Source: Elsinoe ampelina
Lineage: Eukaryota
Assembly: GCA_010093995.1 (NCBI GenBank)
Contig: ML992515.1
Span: 177,533 to 241,532, forward strand
Direction of reading: 5' to 3'
DNA length: 64,000 nt
A model generated the notes under the pieces. The model made no database searches. It saw nothing but the letters and a program-made list of their open reading frames with translations, and was not told where the DNA came from. This document shows positions 26,234 to 38,028 of this stretch, piece after piece (position 1 is the first letter of the stretch; every line of letters begins with the position of its first letter). Position numbers and translations under genes: made by a program.

Positions 26234-27229
26234 ATGCGCTCCACCACCCCTCTCCTCCTTCTCTCCGCCCTCCCCTCGGCCTTCTCCTGGGGACGCCTCG
26301 GCCATGACGCCGTCGCCTTCATCGCCCAAAACTACGTCTCCTCCCGCACCGAGCGCTGGGCCCAAACCCTCCTCCGCGACACGTCCGACCAATACCTCGC
26401 CAACGTCTCCACCTGGGCAGACTCCTACCGCAACGAGCCCGGCGGCGAATTCTCCGCCCCCTTCCACTACATCTCGGCCGACGACACGCCCCCAACCAGC
26501 TGCAACGTCGACTTCCAACGCGACTGCGGCCCGGACGGGTGCGTCGTCAGCGCCATAGCCAACTACACCCGCCGGGTGCGCGACCGCCGCCTCGACGCCC
26601 AACAGCGGGATTTTGCGCTCCGCTTCCTCGTGCATTTCCTCGGCGACATCCACCAACCGCTCCACAACGAGGCCTACGAAGCCGGCGCCAACGGCGTCAT
26701 CATCACCTTCAACAACGCAACCCGCAACCTCCACGCTACTTGGGACACGCAGATCCCTGAACGTCTCAGGGGTAGCTACTCTCGTCCTGCGGCGCGGTTG
26801 TGGGCGGATTACCTCATCGCTCGCATCGACAAGGGGGTGTACACGCGGGACGTACGGTCGTGGAAGCGCGGACTCAACGTCAACGACGGGGTGGGGAGTG
26901 CGTTGCGGTGGAGCAACGAGGCGAACGAGTACGTGTGTGGGTATGTCGCGCCGAAGGGATGGGATGCGTTGACGGGGGATTTGGCGACGAATGGGTACTA
27001 TGATCGGGCGGTGCCGACGGTGGAGCTGCAGGTTGCGAGGGCAGGAGTGAGGTTGGCGGCGTGGTTGGATGCGTTGAGTAGGGAGGGGAAGAGGGGGTAT
27101 GAGGAGGAGGTGGAGGAAGTGGATTTGAGTGGGAGGGATTTGTTGCCCGAGTCGAGGGAGTATACGCCTGCTCAGCTGAGGAGGAGGGATGAGGGGTATG
27201 GGTGTGGGTGTGGGGAGCATGAGCATTGA
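26234..27229 (+). CDS. Secreted S1/P1 nuclease
   Basis: Signal peptide, then WGRLGH, WADSYR, HFLGDIHQPLH, NLHATWD (Zn ligands). Confidence 0.95.
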   Translation: MRSTTPLLLLSALPSAFSWGRLGHDAVAFIAQNYVSSRTERWAQTLLRDTSDQYLANVSTWADSYRNEPGGEFSAPFHYISADDTPPTSCNVDFQRDCGPDGCVVSAIANYTRRVRDRRLDAQQRDFALRFLVHFLGDIHQPLHNEAYEAGANGVIITFNNATRNLHATWDTQIPERLRGSYSRPAARLWADYLIARIDKGVYTRDVRSWKRGLNVNDGVGSALRWSNEANEYVCGYVAPKGWDALTGDLATNGYYDRAVPTVELQVARAGVRLAAWLDALSREGKRGYEEEVEEVDLSGRDLLPESREYTPAQLRRRDEGYGCGCGEHEH

Positions 27230-27274
27230 GCAGCATGTGGGGATTAGATGGATGAAATGTAATGTTCAGTGTAT

Positions 27275-28789
27275 TCATCGTTTGATGGGTATCTTCGCGT
27301 TGTTTCCGTGTCGACTCTTGTCCCGTCTGCCCTCGTCTCGATGCTTACGCTTGTCACTTGCAATGTCCTTGGCCTTTTCTCGCGGATCAATGACCTCGAA
27401 CTCCTCCATCTTCCTCTTCCATTCGAGATCTTTGCCCAGCGTATCCTTTGCAAAGGACAGCTGATGGGACATCCAATTCGGATCGTCATCGTCGTCCGCA
27501 TCTTTGTTGCCATCCTCGTCATTCCATGCCTTGCAAGATTGGCAGTTGACAATAAAGTGCAAGTCACACAGCTTCTCTTCCTCGTCGGCAGCACCACTAT
27601 CAGCTCCCTCTTTGTGGTTGCCATTGGTTTTCTCGGCTCTGTCCCCACTGTCTTCCTGCACCTCTAAAGTGTCCCCTAAGCGCTTCTTGAACGAATTAAA
27701 GAGCTTGAAAGCAGAATCATCATCTCCGGCTTTCCCTCGCTTCCTGCCTCGAGTTGATGTTGTTGGGATCATCGCTTCAAGTGCGGACTTCTTCTTCTCG
27801 GGCTTTGCTTCGGGGCCGGCAGTGTTACGTTTCATGGATGCCTTGAGCGCTGCAATCTCTGCATTCGTGCGTTCCAGGGCAGACATGGTCTTCTGTACTT
27901 GCTCTGGCTCAGGCGACGATTCTGGCTGTGGTCGTGCATTTGGCTTGTCCCCGGTGGGTGCGTCTGATATCCGTTTCGGGTTGGACGTTGGCTCCGGGCT
28001 TGAGGAGACTGAAGAGGTAGATCGCCGTCTGGTACGTTTCTCTGTGGCAGCGGGACCGGCAGGCTTCAGTTTCTGCGGTCGAGCATCGTCGGCCGCATTC
28101 CCATCGATCTTGAAGTCAGGGTTAACCTTTGCTTTCTTCACCACTGGTGCTACATCCTCCTCGTCACCGAAGCTGAGCCCTCCTTTAGCTGCTTTTCGCT
28201 TCTTCTTCGGCTTTACCTCCTCTTTGCTTGCTTGTGCGATCTTCCTCCTGGCTTCCATACCTTCGAATGGATTGACCAAGACCTCGGATCCTAGTACTTT
28301 CGGAGGATAGAGTGGTCTGTCACCTCCTTCTTCTGCAAGCTCTGACTCCGCCATCTTCATCAGATTGTAGATCGTGTCTCCCTCAACTCTGCCAAACATC
28401 GTATTCTTTCCTTGCAGCTCGGGCGTCTTGTCCAGGGTAAGGAAGAACTGGCTCGTGTTGTCGTTCGGCCCTGTATTTGCCATACCCAGCAGTCCTCGAC
28501 GATTGAATCGCAGTCGGGAGTGGAACTCGTCCTCGAAAGGCGCGCCATCGTTGACCGCACTCTCTCCTCCACTTCCCAAACCTGTCGGATCCCCTCCTTG
28601 AATGATGAAGCCAGGAACAAGTCGATGGAAGATCGTGTTGTCATAGTAGCCGTCCAGACAGTGCTGAATGAAGTTCCTCGAGGCCAGAGGTATCTGTTTC
28701 GCGAAGAGTTCCAGCACTATGTCTCCATTTGTCGTCTTGAGGAGCACCTTGCCCGTGGGCGGTGGCTCGACGTTGTAGGTCGAAGCCAT
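27275..28789 (-). CDS. CWC27: Spliceosomal cyclophilin-type PPIase
   Basis: MASTYNVEPPPTGKV, FHRLVPGFIIQGGDPTG, DEFHSRLRFNRRG, C-terminal CDLHFIVNCQSC and VIDPREK. Confidence 0.93.
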   Translation of the reverse strand: MASTYNVEPPPTGKVLLKTTNGDIVLELFAKQIPLASRNFIQHCLDGYYDNTIFHRLVPGFIIQGGDPTGLGSGGESAVNDGAPFEDEFHSRLRFNRRGLLGMANTGPNDNTSQFFLTLDKTPELQGKNTMFGRVEGDTIYNLMKMAESELAEEGGDRPLYPPKVLGSEVLVNPFEGMEARRKIAQASKEEVKPKKKRKAAKGGLSFGDEEDVAPVVKKAKVNPDFKIDGNAADDARPQKLKPAGPAATEKRTRRRSTSSVSSSPEPTSNPKRISDAPTGDKPNARPQPESSPEPEQVQKTMSALERTNAEIAALKASMKRNTAGPEAKPEKKKSALEAMIPTTSTRGRKRGKAGDDDSAFKLFNSFKKRLGDTLEVQEDSGDRAEKTNGNHKEGADSGAADEEEKLCDLHFIVNCQSCKAWNDEDGNKDADDDDDPNWMSHQLSFAKDTLGKDLEWKRKMEEFEVIDPREKAKDIASDKRKHRDEGRRDKSRHGNNAKIPIKR

Positions 28790-29067
28790 GTCGTGTATAC
28801 ACCAGTCAATCCCTTGCAAAGTGAAGTCCAGGTCAAGCACCCATCTCCAAGCTTAGTATCGAGCTTGAAACAATCGCGCAAAAGCTATGTGGGTACGACA
28901 AGAAATGCTTCAATGGTTGGAGAAACTTTGAACTCTGGAGCGGAGCAAGCTTCTGACGTCGTCACCTCACTTCACATGCCAACTTCACCTCCCCTCTGCC
29001 ACACCACTACACTAGCAACTCTATACTCGCATACTCTGTCAATCATACAACCCAGCCCATAGCAACC

Positions 29068-29812
29068 ATGGCAGAAGTCCAATTCGCCAAATCCTTCCTC
29101 TCCACCCTCGACCGCAAACCCATCAAGCTCTCCTCCGACTTTGTCTCCGACCCAAAGAAATACCCCTCGCAATCACCCGTACCTTGGCGCCTCCCTCACC
29201 TCCTCGTCCTCCCACTGACAGCAGCAGTACATCCTCCCCAAACCCTCCCTCCCCTTCCCCAAACGCAGCCCAGCCACAACCTCCCCCACCACCCTAACCA
29301 TCACGCTCAAACCCACCAAAGGCGGCCCCTCCCCTCTTACACTCTCCAACCAAGACCCCGCCCTCGTCACCGTCCTCGACCTCAAGACGCAATTCGCCCG
29401 ACACGCCAGCTTGGACGTCTCCAAGATCAAGATCCTTTACAACAAGCGCCCCACCTCGGATCTCAAGACAGTGAAAGACCTGCTCCCGTCCGGCGCAAAA
29501 GGAGATGTGGAGTTCAGCGTGATGGTGCTCGGTGGAGGGGGCAGCGCGGTGGCGGTAGAGGAGGTTGCGAGGGCGGAGACGCCGGGGATCGAGACGCCTG
29601 GGGTTGCGGCCAAGGTGGAGAAGATGGAGGTGGATAGTGGGCCGGGGCCGTTGAGTGAGGAGGTTGGCAAGGAGAAGGAGGTGGGTGCTGTGGAGAGGGA
29701 ACTACGCGGGGAGGCGTTTTGGGGGGATTTGAGGGATTTTTTGGTGCAGAGGTTGAAGGATGAGAAGGAGGGGGAGAGGTTGGTGGGGTTGTTTAGGGGG
29801 GCGGTGCGGTGA
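29068..29812 (+). CDS. GET5: Get5/Mdy2-like protein (Get5 N-domain, ubiquitin-like domain, C-terminal FW..L..FL motif)
   Basis: EVQFAKSFLSTLDRKPIKLSSD, intron 29179-29227, Ubl segment VTVLDLK..KIKILYNKRP, FWGDLRDFL. Confidence 0.8.
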
Positions 29813-30081
29813 GGTGGCAAGAAGGGAGAGTGGTATGAGATATGATTTATGAGGCGATTGATTGTGTGGTTGGCGTGAAGTTGAATGTCTTTGTTGTGTA
29901 GTTTGTGCGGAAGGGTGATTTGATGTCGATGCGCACTCTGCGCGAATGTGGGTAAGACTGTCTCCTACATCTCCTTGTCGGCTCTTGGACGCTCCTGAGT
30001 CTGCGTGAGGATCTCTCTAGTGTGGTAATGGTCCGCCACGAGACCGAATCGAAGCGACTACGAATGCGACCGTGGATCTTG

Positions 30082-30126
30082 GGCGACACAGCGACAAACA
30101 TAGCGACAACCATAGCGACAGCGACA
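30082..30126. repeat. Short degenerate repeat of (A)GCGACA, 5 copies
   Basis: ggcgacacagcgacaaacatagcgacaaccatagcgacagcgaca. Confidence 0.6.
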
Positions 30127-30220
30127 TCATCAACGCCCTCTCCGCTCACAGTCAGCCTGCACATCCTCTCAAGTCCCCCATCCCCATCCAACAAGTAATA
30201 AATACCCTCTCCCCCCCTCC

Positions 30221-30478
30221 CTCGCTCAGCAATCAGGAGCTCCGTCCCAGTTAGCCAGCCTCTCTCTCCGGAAAGAGACTAGCTGCTCCCGATCCAGCGC
30301 TGCCTATCAAAACACTTTCCCGCGGAAAGCTAGTTTCGATCTCAACACCTTCAAATGTAGAGGCACGAGAGTTCATTTCCCGTCGGCGGCGATTAATGGG
30401 ATGGTCGCTGTTCGACGGGTTACGGGATTCGCATCAGGACCATCCTCCCCTTCCTCTTGCGATTGGTTGGGGGGTACA
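30221..30478 (+). ncRNA. Candidate structured non-coding RNA, class unknown
   Basis: Several nested stems with G-U pairs that work on the + strand, a TAATAAATA box upstream, and no credible ORF. No snRNA, RNase P/MRP or SRP motifs recognised. Confidence 0.35.
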
Positions 30479-30881
30479 CACGTCACTGTGGGTGAGATTT
30501 TCTTTTGCGCTTTTGGGGTGGGTTATGGGGAGAGGGGGGCAGGGGGAGGTGGCGAGTGTGGCTGTTTGTACACTTCGCCAGTAGGCCGCGACACTCGGAT
30601 CGTGAGCTGATCTTTTTGGGCTGTTCAATCGCTTGCCGGGGTTCTTGTTACAACACAGCACATCGCGATCATGCGAATGGTTCCAATGCTCAATGTCTGC
30701 GCTCGAGTCGCTATGAGGGATAGAGAATACTCCTTTAAGTTACCAAATCTTCACGCTTCCAAGACCGCGTCAAGAACTCCAGCCAAGCGGACACGACCAC
30801 AAAGCCGTGACAACCCATGCCGCCATACCAATCTTCTTGAGCCATGCTTCAAATAATCTCTATACCAATACCCGCTCCAAA

Positions 30882-32696
30882 TCACAGTTCCTTCCGCCTC
30901 TCCTTCTCCTTGACGAACTTGTCTCCGAACCTCTCCCTCAAGACGCTCTTGATCTCCTGCACCGGATCCTTGCCCTCCTTCCTCCTCTTCTCAATCTCTC
31001 CAGCAATCTCATCCACCATCTCATCCCACTCCTCACCAGGATCGTTCGGTAGACCAAGGTACGTCGGCAAACGCTGGCTGTTCTCCCTGCTAAGACCCGG
31101 CCGAGCTTGACCTGGCTCTCTGCCGACCATACCCTCGGGTAAGAATTTCGGTAGCTTGTCTACCACAGTCTGCCCCGCTCCGGTTGGACCAGATGCGGTG
31201 TGCTTCTTAACTTGTTGGCTAAGGTAGGCTTTTCCTGGGGAGAGGAGGAAGGCGGAGCACGCTAGTACGCCGACGACGGCGTAGAAGTACACACGGGCCC
31301 AGACCACGAGGGAATCGCCTATTTCCAGGAGGATGAAGGGGGCAACGCAGAAGGAGAAAGAGACTTGGGTCAGCAAGTAGGAGAGGAGGTCATAGTAGCG
31401 TTTTCTTGGAAGGGGCTTCTTGCCGTCCGCGGTCATGAAGAAGGGGCGGAGGAGGCGGCGAGAATCTGGGATTGTTAGCATCTGTCTTGTCACCAGGATA
31501 GGAAGCTCACTTTTCGAGGTATTCTGTAGGAAGCTGCCCAGGATAAATGTCAAGTAGTAGCCAGGATAGAAGCCATGCCAGAATGCGCTGGTGACAAAGG
31601 TGGCCATGCTTGCCCTGAAACCTGGCTTTTTGCCACGGGGCGTAACACGAAGGTATACATAGTTTCGCAGCCAATTGTTGGTGTTGATGTTCCAGTTCCC
31701 AAGGTAAGCATGACTGTTCTGGGCAAGCTCCACGCCCCATGGCTTGACGTTTGTCAACCGAGACCAGTCGGCTTTGCCAGTTGCTGGGTCGATGCCCTTG
31801 TAGCCGATACCGGACAGGATGCAGGAGCCTTCTGTCAATGACCATACTCCATAGTACTTCATCCTTGTTGTAAATCCAAGCATGTGTAGAAGCCAGACAC
31901 GACGAAGGAAGCCGTAAGATCGGTACGACTCATCGAGCACCACGTCTGTATGGTAATATTTGCTAAACTCGAGGAATGCCACGATCCAGGCAAGACCAGT
32001 CGCTGCTTTGTACGCAGCTGGCGTCCCTGATCTTGGTATACGTCGCTGCCCGCGAGTAGCTGGCGCTTTTGCTGGGTCTGTTCCGGGAGGCAAGTCAAAC
32101 ATGCTCGTCTCGAGGTATTTCCGGTAGTCGGCAAAGTCGAATGCAGGGCCAGCCATGAGCGACGGGAAAAAGAAGACATAGCCGAGGTAGTCCAGGATAT
32201 TCGGTAGCTTCTTCAGAGCTCTGGACTTCTGATAGTCATCCAGATGCTCTGCAGGCTGAGTACCATCGTAGACATTCCAGCAGAAAGCTGTCAGCTTCAT
32301 AACCAGAACCATCTGTGCGCCAGTAATGTCTACCAGACCTGGATCCGAGACGATCTGACGGTAGATGTGTGAGATGGACATGAAGCCCATGTGAAAGATG
32401 AAGCCGACCCATGGCATGTATGGTCCAGAAACAAATGAGCATATCGCGTAGGTGCCTGCGGCGGAGAAGAGGAGGATAAATAGGCCAGACCAGAGGTCAA
32501 AAAGTCCAATGAGGACAAATATCGAGACACCGATGTTGAACACATTCTTCAGGTAAGGTTTGTCGTCCGGTATCCGCTTCAAAAGACCGGCCAAAGGATA
32601 TGAGAGGAGAAAGGAGAAGATCAGCTTGAGCTCGTCCACAGATGCCCCAGAGACTCCCGAGGCCCATTCAAAGGGCACGCTGATGTAGGGAAGCAT
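30882..32696 (-). CDS. ALE1: MBOAT lysophospholipid acyltransferase
   Basis: DITGAQMVLVMKL, GPAFDF, WNINTNNWLRNYVYLR, SAFWHGFYPGYY; in-frame 45-nt intron near 31.49 kb. Confidence 0.93.
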   Translation of the reverse strand: MLPYISVPFEWASGVSGASVDELKLIFSFLLSYPLAGLLKRIPDDKPYLKNVFNIGVSIFVLIGLFDLWSGLFILLFSAAGTYAICSFVSGPYMPWVGFIFHMGFMSISHIYRQIVSDPGLVDITGAQMVLVMKLTAFCWNVYDGTQPAEHLDDYQKSRALKKLPNILDYLGYVFFFPSLMAGPAFDFADYRKYLETSMFDLPPGTDPAKAPATRGQRRIPRSGTPAAYKAATGLAWIVAFLEFSKYYHTDVVLDESYRSYGFLRRVWLLHMLGFTTRMKYYGVWSLTEGSCILSGIGYKGIDPATGKADWSRLTNVKPWGVELAQNSHAYLGNWNINTNNWLRNYVYLRVTPRGKKPGFRASMATFVTSAFWHGFYPGYYLTFILGSFLQNTSKSELPILVTRQMLTIPDSRRLLRPFFMTADGKKPLPRKRYYDLLSYLLTQVSFSFCVAPFILLEIGDSLVVWARVYFYAVVGVLACSAFLLSPGKAYLSQQVKKHTASGPTGAGQTVVDKLPKFLPEGMVGREPGQARPGLSRENSQRLPTYLGLPNDPGEEWDEMVDEIAGEIEKRRKEGKDPVQEIKSVLRERFGDKFVKEKERRKEL

Positions 32697-33272
32697 CGTA
32701 GGTAGTAATCGTGCGTCTTCAATGCTATGAGAGCTTGTTTGAATCCATTCCTAGGTCGTGCAGTCCGTAGAGTCTACTTTTGGTGCAATTGAAGGTCACT
32801 TGGTCCGCGTCTGGCAGCAAAAACGTGGTCTGGATCACGAGTTGGCCAGAGGTCGGGTGACGTCAATCTCGAGACCGCTGCCTCGTCAAGTTTTGGCCTC
32901 TACCTAGTAATTTATGTCGAGTCAAGCACGTTTCATTACACATGTCGACAGTACGCAAGTGAGTGGTCAGAGGAGGCACTGAAGGCTGAGTGGAAAGCCA
33001 TATCGTCGGCGGGTCTGTCACGTGCAGCTCAGCCGCATATCCCTGCTTGCCCCGCGCAGGGTTAGCATAAGCAAACGTACAATCATTGACTGGAGGTGAT
33101 CTCGCATTTTTGGATGTCTATGAAAGATTGCACATGGTTCGTCACACACTCGTCTCCGCTTGCTCGCACAAAACATGCTCATTTCTCCTGTCTTTGCCCA
33201 TCTCGCTTGCACGAGTTCGAGTCAAAGCTATCCTGGGCTTCTTTGGCGCATCGTAGCTGCGTGATTGATAAT

Positions 33273-33929
33273 CTACCGGCCCTTGGCGACACGAGAGATG
33301 ATGGTGTCGTACTCAATGTCATCTGGGTCGTTGGCCTGGATGTCCGCGGCGAGACCGTTGAGTGCGCGCTTGAGAGCTTCCTTGGACGAAGAGTACATCA
33401 TGCGGGGGTACTGTGGCTGGTCAGAGGTTACCCGATTGTTAACCTGTCACTGCTCTTACCTGCGGTGCATCATCGGGCACCCAGCTGATAAAGGTAATCT
33501 TGTTCCTCTTGCCTTCGCCACCGGCGCTCTCGTACTCAAAGTCGTAGACGGCATAGCGACCGCCCATACCCTCCTCACCACGCTTGTTCTTGCTCTTTGC
33601 GTTCAGGAGCTTCTCCCTGAAGGTCGAGTAATCATCCTTAGTGGAACTCTCTTCAACGACAATCTCCTTCCAATCGTCCGAGATCTTGTAGATGACCCAT
33701 TTCGTCGACTTGCCGAGCTTGAGGTCGTTGAAGGCTGTGATGCAGTCTGGGGCGACTGAGACTCTGTTTGCGATGGTTAGTGGCTGTGGCTAGGAAGTCC
33801 GCTGTGGTCGGAAGAGGCTGAGATGCTCTCCATTGTTCTGCGGTTGTGGTCGGTTCTTCGTACCCTGATTGAGCCTGTGATGGATTAGTACTCGAGCAAT
33901 ATCTTTCCTTCCGACAATTGTCCTACCAT
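33273..33929 (-). CDS. COF1: Cofilin/ADF (not in the ORF track)
   Basis: ATG-only exon 33929-33927, 11-nt micro-exon 33874-33864, then VSVAPDCITAFNDLKLGK, RYAVYDFEY, KITFISWVPDDAP, MMYSSSKEALKRAL. Confidence 0.92.
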
Positions 33930-34367
33930 TTTGAGCTTCTTGATCGATTTCGTGTACTTTTAATAAGGGAGCTGTGCTGCAATCAGCGGTGAACCTTGGA
34001 GATATGGATCCAAGCGGGCGCAAGGTATTTCGGTCTTGTTGATGCCTGGGATGGATGGGACGTACTTGTGCTTGATTCTGTAGCTGACGTGGACACGCAA
34101 TTGATGTCAGGAAACAAGGCGACAGGATACAAATGACGAGTTGGAAGCTCCCCTCGTTGCTGATGGAAACGTTGGTGCCCGCTGTTTTGTTCGTTTCGCC
34201 CAATGATGAGTGGAACCGCGGGGTCTTGCCAGCAGAGCCGCATCCCACCGTGCCACCTCCACCGGACACTCGTGACCCATTCTGTCTTGCCTGAATCCGA
34301 CAAACCATATCCATCGTATTCATTAGTAAGTACGCTCTGTAAGTCTGCGTCTCATTCAGACATCATC

Positions 34368-35072
34368 ATGTCTTCCAGTGATATCCGAAAGCAGGAAGAC
34401 GGATGCTTTGCCATCACCGCAGAGAGGAAATACTACCACAAGGACAACACATTCATCAAACGAAGTCTGCGACCACATGAATACATCACTGGTCAATCCG
34501 GTCTACATACACCTCGACTAGGGATCCAGAGCCTCAAGAACGAAGCCGCTTGCCTCCAACTAGTCCAAACAGAGACCGACGTGCCTGTTCCACGGGTACT
34601 CTGCGATTTCGAGGACGACAATGCCTACTACCTCATCACAGAGTATATCGAAGGCGTCGGCATGAACGAGCTCACCGAGGACCAAAAAGCAGTGGTGAAG
34701 CAGGAATTACTCACACACATCGACAGTCTCCACAAGCTCAAATCGGCTCGACTCGGTGGTCCATCTGGTCTTGTAATCCCACCATACCGCATCCGTCTAG
34801 CAACCGAGCAAGACAAGTGGCGTCTCAAAGAAACCGACAGCGAGCAATATGTCTTCTGCCACAACGATCTATCCCAGCACAACGTCATTGTCGACCCAGA
34901 CACGCTCAAGATCAACGCCATTGTGGATTGGGAGTACGCCGGCTTCTACCCTGCGTACTTTGAAATGGCTGTCTACGAGAGACCTGGTCCATCAGCCGCC
35001 TTTCTCGAAGGCGAGACGGATAACAGGCAAGAGCTGTTGGACTTTCTGAGATCGCAAGAGGTCAAATCATAG
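34368..35072 (+). CDS. APH/choline-kinase-like phosphotransferase
   Basis: NEAACL..TDVPVPRV, YLITEYIEG, Brenner motif FCHNDLSQHNVIV, IVDWEYAGFYP. Confidence 0.9.
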   Translation: MSSSDIRKQEDGCFAITAERKYYHKDNTFIKRSLRPHEYITGQSGLHTPRLGIQSLKNEAACLQLVQTETDVPVPRVLCDFEDDNAYYLITEYIEGVGMNELTEDQKAVVKQELLTHIDSLHKLKSARLGGPSGLVIPPYRIRLATEQDKWRLKETDSEQYVFCHNDLSQHNVIVDPDTLKINAIVDWEYAGFYPAYFEMAVYERPGPSAAFLEGETDNRQELLDFLRSQEVKS

Positions 35073-35277
35073 CCGTCCTTTTTTCCAATGCCCTCCCGCC
35101 GTCCCCCCCTTCCCCATCCCGCCAATCAACCACAACTCTTTGACGGTCGTCCGGCCCCCCCCCCCTCCTCCTCCCCCATCGCTTAATATGCGGCGGCTTC
35201 CCGCAATCCGGACAACTATCCTGATTCGTCGAGCATGGACACCCGCAGTGCAAGCAGGGTTTGATCTGCGTCGGCAT
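35062..35277 (-). CDS. Possible 71-aa zinc-ribbon microprotein
   Basis: MPTQIKPCLHCGCPCSTNQDSCPDCGKP carries CxxC..CxxCG; overlaps the kinase stop by 11 bp. Confidence 0.3.
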   Translation of the reverse strand: MPTQIKPCLHCGCPCSTNQDSCPDCGKPPHIKRWGRRRGGGPDDRQRVVVDWRDGEGGDGGRALEKRTAMI

Positions 35278-36026
35278 CCTCACGAAACCTCCAGTTGTCC
35301 TCGGCCGTGTCTCGGCGCCCACTAGTCCACCAGCCCCCTCTCGTACGCTTCCAAAATCAAAGGACTCAGCACGAGCCAATACCGCTTCTTGCGCTCCTCC
35401 CCTGTCGCGGGTTCCCCCTGACGGAGCAGCCGCCGTCACGTCACTTTGTCGATCCTCTGCTCCCTCGAAGCTATCAGTCCAGGGCTTGGAAGCAAAGTGT
35501 AAGTGGGAGGTAGATCGCGATTGCCGGTGAAGGTGATGATTCGGGCTATCAATGCTGGGGGGAGGGAGGAGTGAGTTGCAGCGGACTACATGCTCCTTAA
35601 GACACAACTATGGTATGTCATGTGGGGTAGATGAGGCAGGGTGGTCGCACAAACCGCTCATTCGCCCATGGGTGCTCGCGTGAGGCACCTGTACGCCCAC
35701 AAAGGGCCCGTGGCCCGTCACGTTGTAGCTCAGCTGGGGTACTCTCCTGAATTGGAGCATAACACCCGACAAGCCAGCCCACTGCACTACCGCTGTGCCG
35801 CACCTCCCACCCCGCGATGCAGCCGGCTCATGGTGAGGGCCAGATGCTTGACAAGGACTTTGTAGTATCTCATGATATTACACGCTAATACTGTACAACT
35901 ATACCCCCAATCGCGCGCTGTATGCCACAGAGTAGAGAGCCTTTTTTGTGTCCTTTCCCCTTCCAGCCAACCAAGGAGTTCGCAATGGTATATCCCTTCC
36001 CCTGCCCCGGCTACTGAATCAAACTC

Positions 36027-37885
36027 TTACATCATCCCCCCCATTCCGCCCATACCTCCCATGCCACCCATGCCTCCCATACCACCCGGTGGTCCCTTCT
36101 CCTCGGGCGCCTCCACGATCGCCACCTCTGTCGTGCCCAACAAACTCGCCACTCCGCTCGCGTCCATCAATCCTGTTCTGACGACCTTGAACGGATCCAA
36201 GATCCCGGCCTGGATCATATCCACATACTGACCTGTCGAGCTATCGAAACCCTTGTTGAACTCCTTGCCAAACTCATCCATCAACTTGCCGACGACAACA
36301 CTGCCCTCGGTGCCAGCGTTCTCCACGATCGTCCTCGCCGGCCGCGTGATGGCGTTCTTGACGATGCTGACGCCGAGCTGCTGGTCGAAGTTGGCGGGCT
36401 TGAGGTCGTTGAGGGCGTTGGCTGCGGCTTTCAGGAGGGCAGTGCCGCCGCCGGGGAGGATACCTTCTTCAACCGCGGCGCGAGTGGCGTTGAGCGCGTC
36501 GACCATGCGATCTTTCTTCTCGCCGACCTCGACTTCGGAGGCACCGCCGACTTTGATGACGGCGACACCGCCGGAGAGCTTGGCGAGGCGTTCTTGGAGC
36601 TTCTCCTTTTCGTAGTCCGAGGTGGAGGGGTCGGCCATGACGCCGCGGATTTGCTCGCAGCGTTGGGCGACGGCGTCTTTGCTGCCTTCGCCGTTGAGAA
36701 CGACGGTGTCTTCCTTTGTGATGGTGATGGAGCCGGTGGAGCCGAGCATATCTGGGGTGGCCTTCTCGAGCTTGATGTCGAGCTCGTCGGTGAAGACGGT
36801 ACCGTTGGTAAGGACTGCGAGATCGCCGAGGATGGACTTGCGGTTATCACCGAAGCCGGGAGCCTTGACTGCAACGACCTGGAGTTGACCGCGGAGCTTG
36901 TTGAGAATGCAGACTGCGAGAGCTTCACCGTCAATGTCCTCGGCGATGATGACAAGAGGACGGCGGAGCTGCTGCGATGCCTCGAGAGCAGGGATGATGT
37001 CCTGGACGGCGGAGATCTTCTTCTCGGAGAGGAGGATCAGAGGCTTCTCGAATTCAACCTTTTGAGTCTTGGTATCGGTGATGAAGTATGGCGAGATGTA
37101 TCCACGGTCAAACTTCATTCCCTCAGTGACCTCCAGCTCATCCTCGATCGTCTTGCCCTCCTTGACTGTGATGACACCCTCCTTGCCGACCTTCTCCATG
37201 GCGCTCGACAGGAGAGCACCGATGTGCTGGTCACCGTTGGCGGAGATTGTGGCGACCTGAGAGATCTCTTCGCTGGTGGTGATGTCCCTCTTGTGCTTTT
37301 GCAGGTATTGAACAACGGCCTCAACAGCGGCCTGAGTACCTCTTCTGAGGTCCATTGGGTTGCAGCCAGCAGCGACATTCTTGACGGTCTCGGAGAAGAT
37401 GGCACGGGCGAGGACAGTGGCAGTCGTGGTACCGTCACCGGCAACCTCGTTGGTCTTTGATGCGACATCCTGAAGGAGTTTGGCACCGAGGTTCTCGAAC
37501 TTGTCTTGCAGCGTGATCGCCTTTGCAACAGTTACACCATCTAGGGGGGTCAGTACTGTGTTTGTCAGATCTGAGACCATCTCACTGACCCTTTGTGATC
37601 TTGGGCGAGCCATAGCTGGACTCGATAAGGACATTTCGGCCCTTGGGACCAAGTGTGGTAGCAACGGCCTTTGCAAGAGTCTCGACACCATTGAGCAGTG
37701 CCTGGCGACCTTCAACGCCGAACTTCAGCTCCTATGGTAGCCCGTCAGCACATGCTTTCCTCGGTCGACTTATCTTGGTGATGTCGTACCTTGTGAGCAA
37801 ATCTTTGCTGAACCAGCGAAGCTCCCTTCCGCGAAGAAGCTCTGAGCGCCGATGCTCGAGCGGTGGATGTGAGAGCGCGCTGCAT
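36027..37885 (-). CDS. HSP60: Mitochondrial chaperonin Hsp60
   Basis: Presequence [10 protein letters not shown] at 37885, [23 protein letters not shown]-repeat tail; two 5' introns. Confidence 0.97.
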
Positions 37886-38028
37886 GTCCGAATATGTGTC
37901 TGAGAGGTACCGAGATGTAGTGACAGATGAGAAAGCTCCTGAACTCCTCCTCTAGATAAATCGTGGCGATGGTGTGGGTGATGCTAGAAGAAGTTGTGGC
38001 TACCGTCGGCCGTGGAAAAAAATGGTCG

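Noticed and set aside
26204..27226. 340-aa antisense ORF over the S1/P1 nuclease, and similar ones over HSP60 and CWC27
   Set aside because: Expected from GC-rich codon bias on the coding strand.
33864..33929. ATG-only exon and 11-nt micro-exon in cofilin
   Set aside because: Tiny 5' exons are typical of fungal cofilin genes.
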